DNA from: an uncultured Mycoplasmatota bacterium
Lineage (GTDB): Bacteria > Bacillota_I > Bacilli_A > RF39 > UBA660
DNA length: 64,000 bases
Reading direction: 5' to 3'
Assembly (NCBI GenBank): GCA_900554315.1
Contig: USGP01000005.1
Location: 3,050 to 67,049, forward strand
Shown piece after piece: positions 28,651 through 37,436 of this stretch. Position 1 is the stretch's first letter; each line of letters starts with the position of its first letter. Position numbers and translations under genes: made by a program. The notes under the pieces were generated by a model. The model did no database searches, had not been told where the DNA came from, and was given only the letters and a program-made list of their open reading frames with translations.

Positions 28651-29604
28651 ATGAATTCAGAAAAAGATAATGTTGAATTATTAGGAAGTCCAACTACTAC
28701 TAATGAGAATACTTCTTCAGTGGCAAATCCTTCTACTTCAACAGAAGTTTTAGGAGCACCAACAGGAGCTGGTACTAATCCTGTTGATTCTACTATCAAT
28801 CAGACAGCTAGTACTTCTACAAATACAGTTTCTAATGAAGTGGCTAATTCTGCTGCGCCATCTCATATTTCACCGTTAGTTGCTAAACCTACTATTTCTG
28901 GTACGACAGCTAATTCTCCTAGAATTAATCCTTCTGATACGATGGCAAGTTATACTTCTCATGCTCCACAGACTCCTTTGCATGTTGAAAAGACAAAAGA
29001 TGAAATATCTAATAATGGTGGTAGTGTTGCTCCACCAATAAAGGTTGATGATTCTACTACACAACCTAAAGGTAAACCTTTGAATCCTATTGTTTTGATT
29101 ATTGTTTTTGTTATTATTTTAGGTACAGTAATTTTACTTCCATATTCTAAGGATTTATTTGGCAATATATTTTCTAATGATACCGCTACAGATGAAGAAA
29201 AAGTAACAAATGGTTCATTAGTTTGTACGTTAGAGAATACAGATGATGATAATAATAGTTTCGAATATACAGAAACTTATACGTTTACTAATTCTGAAGT
29301 AGATACGTTAGAACATGAGGAGTTAATTCAAGGAGATGCTGATTTCTTGAATGAAAGAAATGATAGATGTCAATTATTAAAACAAAATGCATCTTCTATT
29401 GAAGGGGTAGAGATTAACTGTGATTTGAATACTAGCAATATGGTAGAAACACAAAAGTTTAATTTGGCCCGAGTAGATTTTGACCAACTTTCTACTGCTT
29501 TTATGGAAGCAGGAGGAGTTTATCCAAATGCTGAGGCTGGAGATTCTTATACTGAAGTTCAACATTCTATGGAAATAGCTGGATATACTTGCGAGGTAAA
29601 ATAA
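28651..29604 (+). CDS. Bitopic membrane protein, paralog of 27228-28640
   Basis: Same architecture. The C-terminal domain aligns with all four Cys conserved (LVC, C.LL, V(E)(V/I)NCDL, YTC). GAGGTG RBS. Confidence 0.65.
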   Translation: MNSEKDNVELLGSPTTTNENTSSVANPSTSTEVLGAPTGAGTNPVDSTINQTASTSTNTVSNEVANSAAPSHISPLVAKPTISGTTANSPRINPSDTMASYTSHAPQTPLHVEKTKDEISNNGGSVAPPIKVDDSTTQPKGKPLNPIVLIIVFVIILGTVILLPYSKDLFGNIFSNDTATDEEKVTNGSLVCTLENTDDDNNSFEYTETYTFTNSEVDTLEHEELIQGDADFLNERNDRCQLLKQNASSIEGVEINCDLNTSNMVETQKFNLARVDFDQLSTAFMEAGGVYPNAEAGDSYTEVQHSMEIAGYTCEVK

Positions 29605-29701
29605 TTTACTGAGTTTACATTTTTTACAATTGGTAATTATTGTCAATGTATTGTAAATTCTTTGTAAATATGATATATTCATATTCACAAGGAGTTTTTT
29701 T

Positions 29702-30382
29702 ATGAAAAGATTTAGTTATATCCTGAGTTCTATTTTAATTATAGGGATAATTAGTTATTTTGTAGTTGATGGTATTCAAAGTATGAAGTTAACTACAATT
29801 TCTACAGATCTTGATGTTAAAAATATTAATACTTCTGAGTTATTAGAATATGGTGATAGTCAAGATAAAGAGAAAAATGACAATGAAACAACAGATGAAG
29901 TAGAAGAAGATACAACTGAAGAAGAAAATATAGAAGAAGAAAAAAATGAAAAGACAAAAGCTGTAAAAGAAGAAACTACTGAGCCAGTAGAAACTAGTTC
30001 AGTTTCTAATGAACCAGTTATAGTGAATGATGTTTTAGAAACACAGATTGGTAGTTTGAGTGGATATGGACCTGATTGTGCAGGTTGCAGTGGATATCTT
30101 GCTAGTGGAAGATATGTTGGTAATGGTAATATTACTTACTATGATTCACAATATGGTAATGTACGTATTTTGTCGGGAGATAGTAGTTATCCTTTCGGAA
30201 CAATCGTTAGAGTAAAAAATTCTAAGTTTAGTGAGTTTATTGGTATTGTTTTAGATAGAGGGGGAGCAGTAGGTTTTGGAAAAAGTCATTTGTTTGATTT
30301 GTTATTTGCAACCTCAGATGAGGCTCGTACTAACGCTGTTTCTTATAATACAACTTTTGAAATTTTAAGATATGGATATTAG
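29702..30382 (+). CDS. 3D-domain (DPBB-fold) secreted cell-wall-associated protein
   Basis: N-terminal TM/signal segment, acidic linker, and YGPDCAGCSG...GTIVRV...VLDRGGAVG...DLLF, typical of 3D/YuiC-like domains. Confidence 0.7.
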   Translation: MKRFSYILSSILIIGIISYFVVDGIQSMKLTTISTDLDVKNINTSELLEYGDSQDKEKNDNETTDEVEEDTTEEENIEEEKNEKTKAVKEETTEPVETSSVSNEPVIVNDVLETQIGSLSGYGPDCAGCSGYLASGRYVGNGNITYYDSQYGNVRILSGDSSYPFGTIVRVKNSKFSEFIGIVLDRGGAVGFGKSHLFDLLFATSDEARTNAVSYNTTFEILRYGY

Positions 30383-30405
30383 GAATAGTTTTATTCCTTT
30401 TTTTT
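30381..30405 (+). terminator. Rho-independent terminator
   Basis: aggaata/tattcct stem followed by T7. Confidence 0.8.
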
Positions 30406-30452
30406 ATGTTTTATGATAAAATGGTTTTGCTATACAAGATGGAGGTATTTTG

Positions 30453-32609
30453 ATGAATGAATTTATTATTAAAGAAATAGCCAATAATTTAAATATTACG
30501 GATAAACAAGTAGAGGTTGTTTTGTCTATGTTAGCTGAAGGAAATACTGTTCCTTTTATTGCTAGATATAGAAAAGAGGCAACTGGTGCTTTGGATGAAG
30601 AAACGATTCGTTCTATTAATGAAGTTTATGAGTATCAAGTTAATTTGTTAAAACGTAAAGAAGATGTTATTCGTTTAATAGATGAGAAAGGAATGCTTAC
30701 AGATGAATTAAAAAATTCTATTATGAATTGTACTAAATTAGTAGAAGTTGAAGATTTGTATCGTCCTTATAAAGAAAAGAAAAAGACAAAGGCAACAGAA
30801 GCAATAGCTTTAGGTCTAGAACCACTTGCTAAAATGATGATGAGTTTTCCAACAACTGGAAGTTTGGAAGAGATGACTAGTAAATTTGTAAAAGATAAAG
30901 TGAAAAATGTGGAAGAAGCTATTACTGGTGCTAAATACATTATTGCTGAATGGATTAGTGATAATGCTAGTTATCGTAAATGGATTCGTAGTTATTTTTA
31001 CAAAAATGGAATTATTACATCTAAGATTAAGAAAAATGCAGAAGATGAGAATAAAGTGTATGAGATGTATTATGATTATAATGAACCAGTAAAATGGATT
31101 AAACCTCATCGTATTTTGGCTTTAAATCGTGGTGAAAAAGAAAAAGTATTAACAGTTTCTATTGATGTGGATAAAGATGGGATTCTTTCTTATTTGGAAA
31201 AGAAATTAATTAAAAATGAAAAGTCTTTTGTGGTAGATAGTATTAAAGAAGCCATTGAAGATTCTTATAAAAGATTAATTGCTCCTTCTATTGAAAGAGA
31301 AATTAGAGCAGAGCTTTCTGAAAAAGGTGAAGAAGCTGCTATTGATAATTTTGGTAAAAATTTAGAGGCTTTACTTTTAACTCCTCCTATGAAAGAACAA
31401 GTTGTACTTGCTTTTGATCCGGGTTTTGTTAATGGTTGTAAATTAGCTGTTGTAGATAAAAACGGTAAATATTTAGATTCTACAGTTATTAAACCATTTT
31501 TGAATAGTAATAGTGAGGATAGAATTCGTTTGTCTAAAGAGGTAGTTGTACAATTAATAAAAAAATATCATGTTGATATTATTGCTATTGGTAATGGTAC
31601 AGCTTCTCGTGAGTCTGAGAAATTTTGTGCTGATATGATAAAAGAATACAATTTGGATTGTAAGTATGTTATTGTTTCTGAAGCAGGTGCTTCTATTTAC
31701 AGTGCTTCTCCAATTGCGGCAGAAGAATTTCCTGATTTAGCAATTGAAAAACGTAGTGCTGTAAGTATTGGTCGTAGACTTCAAGATCCTCTTGCAGAAC
31801 TTGTTAAAATACCACCAGAAGGAATTGGAGTAGGGCTTTACCAACATGATGTTAGTCAAAAGAAACTTTCTAGTTCTTTGGATTTTGTTGTAGAAAAGTG
31901 TGTTAATAGTGTAGGAGTTAATGTTAATACTGCTTCTAGTTCTTTACTTAGTTATGTTTCTGGTCTTACAAAGAAAGCTTGCCAAAAATTAATTGAGTAT
32001 CGTGAAAAGGTTGGTAAGATTGTTTCTCGTGATGAAATTAGAAAGAAAAAGTTACTTACGGACAAAGCTTATGAACAAGCTATTGGTTTCTTACGAATTT
32101 CTGATGGGGATAATGCTTTAGATAAAACAGCAATTCATCCAGAAAGTTATAGTATTGCGGAAGCACTACTTAAAGATTTGGGATTTACTATTAATGATAT
32201 TGGTAGTCAAGAATTAATTGATGCTTTAAATAAAATTGATGTAGGAGAATATCAAGAAAAGTTAAATACTGATCAATATACTTTAGAAGATGTTATTTTG
32301 TCTTTAAAGAAACCTAATTTAGACCCTAGAGATGAAATGCCACAACCATTACTTAGAAGTGATATTTTGGATATTAAAGATTTGACTGTAGGTATGAAGT
32401 TACAAGGAACGGTTCGTAATGTAGTTGATTTTGGAGCATTTATTGATATTGGACTTCATAATGATGGACTCGCTCATATTTCTAAACTTACAGATAAATA
32501 TATTAAACATCCTAGTGAAGTTGTTAGTGTTGGAGATATCGTAGATTGCTATGTAGATGATATTAATTTAGAAAAAGGAAAGGTTAGCTTGAGTTTACTA
32601 CCTCGCTAA
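30453..32609 (+). CDS. tex: Tex-like transcription accessory protein (S1 domain)
   Basis: VPFIARYRKE N-terminus, YqgF-like core, HhH region, and C-terminal S1 domain GTVRNVVDFGAFIDIG. Confidence 0.92.
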   Translation: MNEFIIKEIANNLNITDKQVEVVLSMLAEGNTVPFIARYRKEATGALDEETIRSINEVYEYQVNLLKRKEDVIRLIDEKGMLTDELKNSIMNCTKLVEVEDLYRPYKEKKKTKATEAIALGLEPLAKMMMSFPTTGSLEEMTSKFVKDKVKNVEEAITGAKYIIAEWISDNASYRKWIRSYFYKNGIITSKIKKNAEDENKVYEMYYDYNEPVKWIKPHRILALNRGEKEKVLTVSIDVDKDGILSYLEKKLIKNEKSFVVDSIKEAIEDSYKRLIAPSIEREIRAELSEKGEEAAIDNFGKNLEALLLTPPMKEQVVLAFDPGFVNGCKLAVVDKNGKYLDSTVIKPFLNSNSEDRIRLSKEVVVQLIKKYHVDIIAIGNGTASRESEKFCADMIKEYNLDCKYVIVSEAGASIYSASPIAAEEFPDLAIEKRSAVSIGRRLQDPLAELVKIPPEGIGVGLYQHDVSQKKLSSSLDFVVEKCVNSVGVNVNTASSSLLSYVSGLTKKACQKLIEYREKVGKIVSRDEIRKKKLLTDKAYEQAIGFLRISDGDNALDKTAIHPESYSIAEALLKDLGFTINDIGSQELIDALNKIDVGEYQEKLNTDQYTLEDVILSLKKPNLDPRDEMPQPLLRSDILDIKDLTVGMKLQGTVRNVVDFGAFIDIGLHNDGLAHISKLTDKYIKHPSEVVSVGDIVDCYVDDINLEKGKVSLSLLPR

Positions 32610-32634
32610 TCTTTTTTTGTATACTAAATGATTC

Positions 32635-32664
32635 TTGATTAAATTATGTAAAATAGGGTATAAT
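32635..32664 (+). promoter_or_regulatory. Putative sigma-A promoter of the first surface-protein gene
   Basis: TTGATT, 18-nt spacer, TATAAT. Confidence 0.45.
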
Positions 32665-32692
32665 TATAAGTAATAATAGAGGAGTTGTTACT

Positions 32693-34207
32693 ATGAAGAA
32701 GCGGTATTTTTTTATTGCTCTAGCTATTATAGCTTTAACTGTTTCTGGAATATTGGTAATTAATAAAGAGAGTTATGCGGATAAAAGTTATCAGAGTGAT
32801 TTATGTCCAACTCAATTACATGTAACCTTTGGAAATAAAGAAGATTCTTTCATTAATAGTGAAAAAAATAAAATTACAATACCATCTCTAATTTATCATG
32901 ATGCCAATAATAATCGTATCTTTGCTGGAGATTTAAGATATTTATATTATTATAAATATTATGATGATCAACATAATGTTTATTATGATGCTAACTGTGA
33001 AGACACATATATGTTTAATAATTCAAGGAAACAGTCTATTTTGATGGGATATTTGATTAATACAGTTGATTTTTCTTCTTTTGAAGGAGAAAATGATTAT
33101 TATAAGCAAATTTTAATTTTATGGGCAATGGATCGTTTGGCTGGATTTGATGATGATATAAATTATATATATAGTAATGGTGATGTTTATGAGGCACCTG
33201 TAGATTCAACTTATGATGATAAGTATAATAGTTTTGGTTTTAAAAATGAATGGAAATATGTTAATAACTTATCTGCTGGAGATAAAAAATTACTAAAAAC
33301 TTCTTTTGTAGGAGAAAAAATGTTGCAATATCTTCATACTTGGGATGAATATGTAAGTTGGTATTTAAATGATGCGAGTGTTGAATTGGATGCTATTAAT
33401 CTAGATGATATCAGTTATCATGTAACGAATGATTATGTAGAGACAGGGTTAATCATTCCTACTAGTACAGGTAAAATCTATTCTGATAAATTTAGCGGTT
33501 ATACAGTGAATGTTCAAAGTCCGATGGTTGTTGTGGATAAGAATGGAAAAGAAAAAAATGAATTTAAATCTGGAGAAGGTTTTAGGGTTAGAGTTCCTAT
33601 TTCTGAGATTATAGGTAATAGTTTAGATTATTCTATTAATATATCTGCAAATTTTTCTTTTCCTACAGTGACCATTTATAATTCTCGTGGAGTAGCATGC
33701 AGATATGAATTTCCTTCTCAACAAGTCCAAGCTTTATATCAACAATTGTCAACATCGGCCTATATTTCTACATGTAATTCTATTGAAACTTTAAATGATA
33801 CGCTGTTATTTCAATTTAGTCAAAGGATTGGGACTTTAAATGTTAAAGTAATCGACTCTTCTACTGGTAATAATTTAAGTAAAGCAGAAGTAACTGTTTA
33901 TGATTTGAAGGGTAACGAAGTATATAAATATGAAACTACTGATAAAGAATTAAATATTACCTTACCAGTAGGTGAATATATCGTTAAACAAACAGTAACC
34001 CCCCCAAATTATGAAGCACAAACGATTCAAATGAGAGTAGATGTTACAGAAGAAGGCATAGCTAATGCTGTTTTGGAAAATGCTCCTCTTGTTAATGTTC
34101 CGAATACGGCTATGACAACAGGTGTTTATGTTATCATTGGTGGTTTACTTGCAATAGCTGGTGGTATGATTGTTGGAATTACATTTAAAAAAAGAAAATC
34201 TATTTAG
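32693..34207 (+). CDS. Surface protein family member 1: signal peptide, unknown ~370-aa domain, CnaB/SpaA-like domain, VPNTA sorting signal
   Basis: INKESYA cleavage-like site. GEYIVKQTVTPPNYE prealbumin-fold motif. VPNTAM, hydrophobic stretch, then KKRKSI. Confidence 0.8.
   Translation: MKKRYFFIALAIIALTVSGILVINKESYADKSYQSDLCPTQLHVTFGNKEDSFINSEKNKITIPSLIYHDANNNRIFAGDLRYLYYYKYYDDQHNVYYDANCEDTYMFNNSRKQSILMGYLINTVDFSSFEGENDYYKQILILWAMDRLAGFDDDINYIYSNGDVYEAPVDSTYDDKYNSFGFKNEWKYVNNLSAGDKKLLKTSFVGEKMLQYLHTWDEYVSWYLNDASVELDAINLDDISYHVTNDYVETGLIIPTSTGKIYSDKFSGYTVNVQSPMVVVDKNGKEKNEFKSGEGFRVRVPISEIIGNSLDYSINISANFSFPTVTIYNSRGVACRYEFPSQQVQALYQQLSTSAYISTCNSIETLNDTLLFQFSQRIGTLNVKVIDSSTGNNLSKAEVTVYDLKGNEVYKYETTDKELNITLPVGEYIVKQTVTPPNYEAQTIQMRVDVTEEGIANAVLENAPLVNVPNTAMTTGVYVIIGGLLAIAGGMIVGITFKKRKSI
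33815..34164 (+). repeat. Copy 1 of a ~350-bp conserved 3' module (CnaB-like domain plus sorting signal)
   Basis: Alignable base for base with 36931-37280 and 40184-40533. Most differences are at third codon positions. Confidence 0.85.
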
Positions 34208-34217
34208 GGGGTGAACT

Positions 34218-35657
34218 ATGAAAAAGAAATATGTTGTTATTACCGTTAGTATTTTATTTGCTGTAGTTGCGGTTTTCTTATTGATTCAAAAGGATAGTTA
34301 TGCTGAGGATTATGATCCTACTTGTCCTGAGTATATTTCTGTTGAAGAATCTGATGAACAGTTGGGACTTATAAAAACAGATTATGAACAGATTTTGCTT
34401 CCTAAAGAAGTTATTGTTAAGAATAGAGGAACCATTTACGATAATTTGGCAATTTTAGTGAGAAGAGGTTTAGGTGGTAGACAATTTTATAATACTGATG
34501 TAAATGAAGTAATAGAGTCTATTCCTAATATTAGTTCTGATGATTATGAAAATCGTTATTATAAACAAATTATTTTCTGGTGGATTGGTGATTTGTTAGA
34601 AGGATATGACAATAATTTTAATTATCTTAATGGTAGAAAAGTTAATATAGAATCTGATTCTTCTGATAAATATAATTCAAATGGTGATTATAAATTTGAT
34701 AATAATTTGTCTGCATTGGAGAAAAAAGCAATTTTAGAATCAAAATATGGTGATAAAATAGCTCGGGCTATAGAACAATATTTTGAATTTTCTGATTGGT
34801 ATGAAGACTATCGTTATTCTGATGATGAAATTCCTGATTTTGTTATGGATGATATTGATATGAGCCATATTCATTATTATGCAACAGATGATTATATAGA
34901 AACAGATTTAATTTTTCCTACTGTAACCCAAGTATATTCTCCAGCTTTTAATTACTATACTGTGGATGTTAATGATGGTATTACTGTTTTAAATCAAAAC
35001 AATAATGTTACAAATGAATTTAAAAGTAGTGAAGGATTTAAACTGCGTATTCCTTTTTCTAAAATAGATGATAATTTAGCTTTGGAGTTCTCTGTTCAAG
35101 GAATTTCTCGTTATAATGAATATCAATATTATCATAATAAGCAAACTCATAGTAATCCTGTTCCTTATGATAGTTCTATTCATGAAAATTTAGTTCCAAA
35201 TGGAGTGTTGATGAGATGTGGTTCTTATGATGAAGAATTATTTATTCCTTTAGATATTAGTTATACTGAATCTATTGGTAATTTGAATATCAAAGTAATA
35301 GATGCTTCTACAGGAGATTTATTACCAAGTGCTGAGGTAACTGTCTTTGATGATAAAGATAATGAGGTTTATCGTCAAACTACTACTAAGAAGGAAATTA
35401 ACTTAAAATTACCAGAAGGAGAATATCTTATTAAGCAAACGGTTACTCCTCTAAATTATGAATCTATTACGATTCAAAAAAGAGTAACAGTTGAAACGGA
35501 TGATACTGCAGAAGCAGTATTAGAAAATGTGCCATTGGTAGATGTACCTGATACAGGTATGAATATAATTATTTTTGATATTATCGGTGGGTTAATTCTT
35601 GTCGCAGCGGGGATTCTTGTTGTAATTACTTTAAGAAAGAAAAGATTGCAAGGGTAA
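34218..35657 (+). CDS. Surface protein family member 2 (divergent), VPDTG sorting signal
   Basis: Same architecture. Starts 10 bp after member 1. VPDTGM, hydrophobic stretch, then RKKRLQG. Confidence 0.8.
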   Translation: MKKKYVVITVSILFAVVAVFLLIQKDSYAEDYDPTCPEYISVEESDEQLGLIKTDYEQILLPKEVIVKNRGTIYDNLAILVRRGLGGRQFYNTDVNEVIESIPNISSDDYENRYYKQIIFWWIGDLLEGYDNNFNYLNGRKVNIESDSSDKYNSNGDYKFDNNLSALEKKAILESKYGDKIARAIEQYFEFSDWYEDYRYSDDEIPDFVMDDIDMSHIHYYATDDYIETDLIFPTVTQVYSPAFNYYTVDVNDGITVLNQNNNVTNEFKSSEGFKLRIPFSKIDDNLALEFSVQGISRYNEYQYYHNKQTHSNPVPYDSSIHENLVPNGVLMRCGSYDEELFIPLDISYTESIGNLNIKVIDASTGDLLPSAEVTVFDDKDNEVYRQTTTKKEINLKLPEGEYLIKQTVTPLNYESITIQKRVTVETDDTAEAVLENVPLVDVPDTGMNIIIFDIIGGLILVAAGILVVITLRKKRLQG

Positions 35658-35730
35658 GGATTGTTGAAACGGTCTTTTCTTTTTTTCTCTTTTTGTGATA
35701 TATTATTGTTTATAATAGGAGAGTTGAGCT

Positions 35731-37323
35731 ATGGTAAATAAAAAAAGATATGGTATTGTTATTGTTTCAGTAATTATGTTAATGATTGCTGGTGTATTAA
35801 TGATTAATAAGGATAGTTATGCTATCGGTGTAAATCCTAATTATGGCTATAGTTGTCCTAAATATTTACTTCCTAATAGCGTTCCTGAAGAGGTATCTTA
35901 TATTAAGAATGGTAATAATAAGATTACTTTACCTGATTGGACTTATGATACTCTTGAAAGAACAGGCTTGCCTTCATTTATGGATGATTTTACTGTTTTT
36001 GTTTTTAATGCTCATTATTTTGATAAAGTTGAAGCTGATTATAATGGAAGAACTAATCCTTATTATCAAATTAATGATAGTGGTTCTTTAAAACCAACGG
36101 GTAATCATGATGTTTTATTGGGGTATTTGGTTAATATACCTAAATTTAGTTCTGATGTTGAGAAGAACTATTATTATCAACAACTTTTAATTTTTTGGGC
36201 TATGGATCGTATGATGGGATTTGATGATGATAAGAATTATTATGTTATAGGTGATGAAGATAATTTTGAGTTTATTGAATTACCTAAAGATAATTCTTAT
36301 GAAGATAAATATTTGATAGAAGATGTATCAGATGGTGATGATCATGCAATACAATATACTTGGAAGTATATTAATAATTTATCTGCTGGCGATAAAGAGA
36401 TGATAAAAAATTCTGATGTTGGAGATCAAATGTTAGATTACTTGGAAACTTGGGATAAATATGTTGATTGGTATTATAATAGTCAGGGTAATTTGAATGT
36501 AGAGCTTAATAATATTAGTCAATCTGATATATCTTATCATGTTACAAATGACTATATAGAAACACAATTAATTCGTCCTAATAGTGTGGGAAAGGCTTAT
36601 GAAGACCAATTGAAGTCTTATACCGTTAAGGTTTCTAGCCCTTTAGTGGTAGTAGATAGTAATGGTACTGAACAGACAAAGTTTTCTGCTGGTCAAGGTT
36701 TTAAAGTACGTATTCCAATCTCTGAAATTGAGAATAATAATATAGATTATTCTATTGAAATAAATGCAGATTATGAATTTCAGACAACAATGATTTATAA
36801 TGGACATAATCTGGAGAGAATAGAACTGTCTGATGAAGAACGACTTTATTTTTATGCCTTCACTGCATTTATTGGAGCACAAAAAGGTTGTAGTTCTACA
36901 GAGACTGCACATGATTCTATTACATTGAATTTTAGTCAGAAGATTGGTGATTTAAATGTTAAAGTAATTGATTCTTCGACTGGTAATAATTTAAGTAAGG
37001 CAGAAGTTACTATTTATGATTTAAAAGGGAACGAAGTGTATAAGTATGAAACTACAGATAGTGAATTAAATATCACGTTACCTGTTGGAGAATATATTGT
37101 TAAGCAGACGGTAACACCTCCAAATTATGAAGCACAAACAGTTCAGATGCGGGTTGATGTTACAGAATCTGGTGAGGCTCATGCTGTATTAGAGAATGCC
37201 CCACTTGTTAATGTACCAGATACGGCTATGAATTCTGTTATCTTTATAGTTATCGGTGGATTAATTGTCATTGCTGGTGGAATCTTGTTAGTTACTAATC
37301 TTAGAAAGAAAAAAGTAAGTTAA
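35731..37323 (+). CDS. Surface protein family member 3, VPDTA sorting signal
   Basis: Same architecture. VPDTAM, hydrophobic stretch, then RKKKVS. Confidence 0.8.
   Translation: MVNKKRYGIVIVSVIMLMIAGVLMINKDSYAIGVNPNYGYSCPKYLLPNSVPEEVSYIKNGNNKITLPDWTYDTLERTGLPSFMDDFTVFVFNAHYFDKVEADYNGRTNPYYQINDSGSLKPTGNHDVLLGYLVNIPKFSSDVEKNYYYQQLLIFWAMDRMMGFDDDKNYYVIGDEDNFEFIELPKDNSYEDKYLIEDVSDGDDHAIQYTWKYINNLSAGDKEMIKNSDVGDQMLDYLETWDKYVDWYYNSQGNLNVELNNISQSDISYHVTNDYIETQLIRPNSVGKAYEDQLKSYTVKVSSPLVVVDSNGTEQTKFSAGQGFKVRIPISEIENNNIDYSIEINADYEFQTTMIYNGHNLERIELSDEERLYFYAFTAFIGAQKGCSSTETAHDSITLNFSQKIGDLNVKVIDSSTGNNLSKAEVTIYDLKGNEVYKYETTDSELNITLPVGEYIVKQTVTPPNYEAQTVQMRVDVTESGEAHAVLENAPLVNVPDTAMNSVIFIVIGGLIVIAGGILLVTNLRKKKVS
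36931..37280 (+). repeat. Copy 2 of the ~350-bp conserved 3' module
   Basis: See copy 1. Confidence 0.85.
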
Positions 37324-37350
37324 AGAATTGAATATTTCAATTCTTTTTTT
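37322..37350 (+). terminator. Rho-independent terminator
   Basis: agaattgaa/ttcaattct stem followed by T7. Confidence 0.8.
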
Positions 37351-37436
37351 GTCAAATTGGACATTTTTCTTCTTTATATATATTTATTTATAAGTTTTAT
37401 GATGTTATATTGATAATAGAAAAGGATAGATGATTT

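Noticed and set aside
29614-29679. Four TTTACA(A)/TTGTAAA motifs arranged as two direct and two inverted copies upstream of the 3D-domain gene. This looks like a possible regulator-binding array or hairpin.
   Set aside because: One TTGTAA (29651-29656) serves naturally as the -35 for an extended -10 TGaTATATT (29671-29679). The 8-bp inverted repeat has a 19-nt loop and no good U-run. In DNA this AT-rich, such A/T motifs recur by chance. Not enough to call a site.
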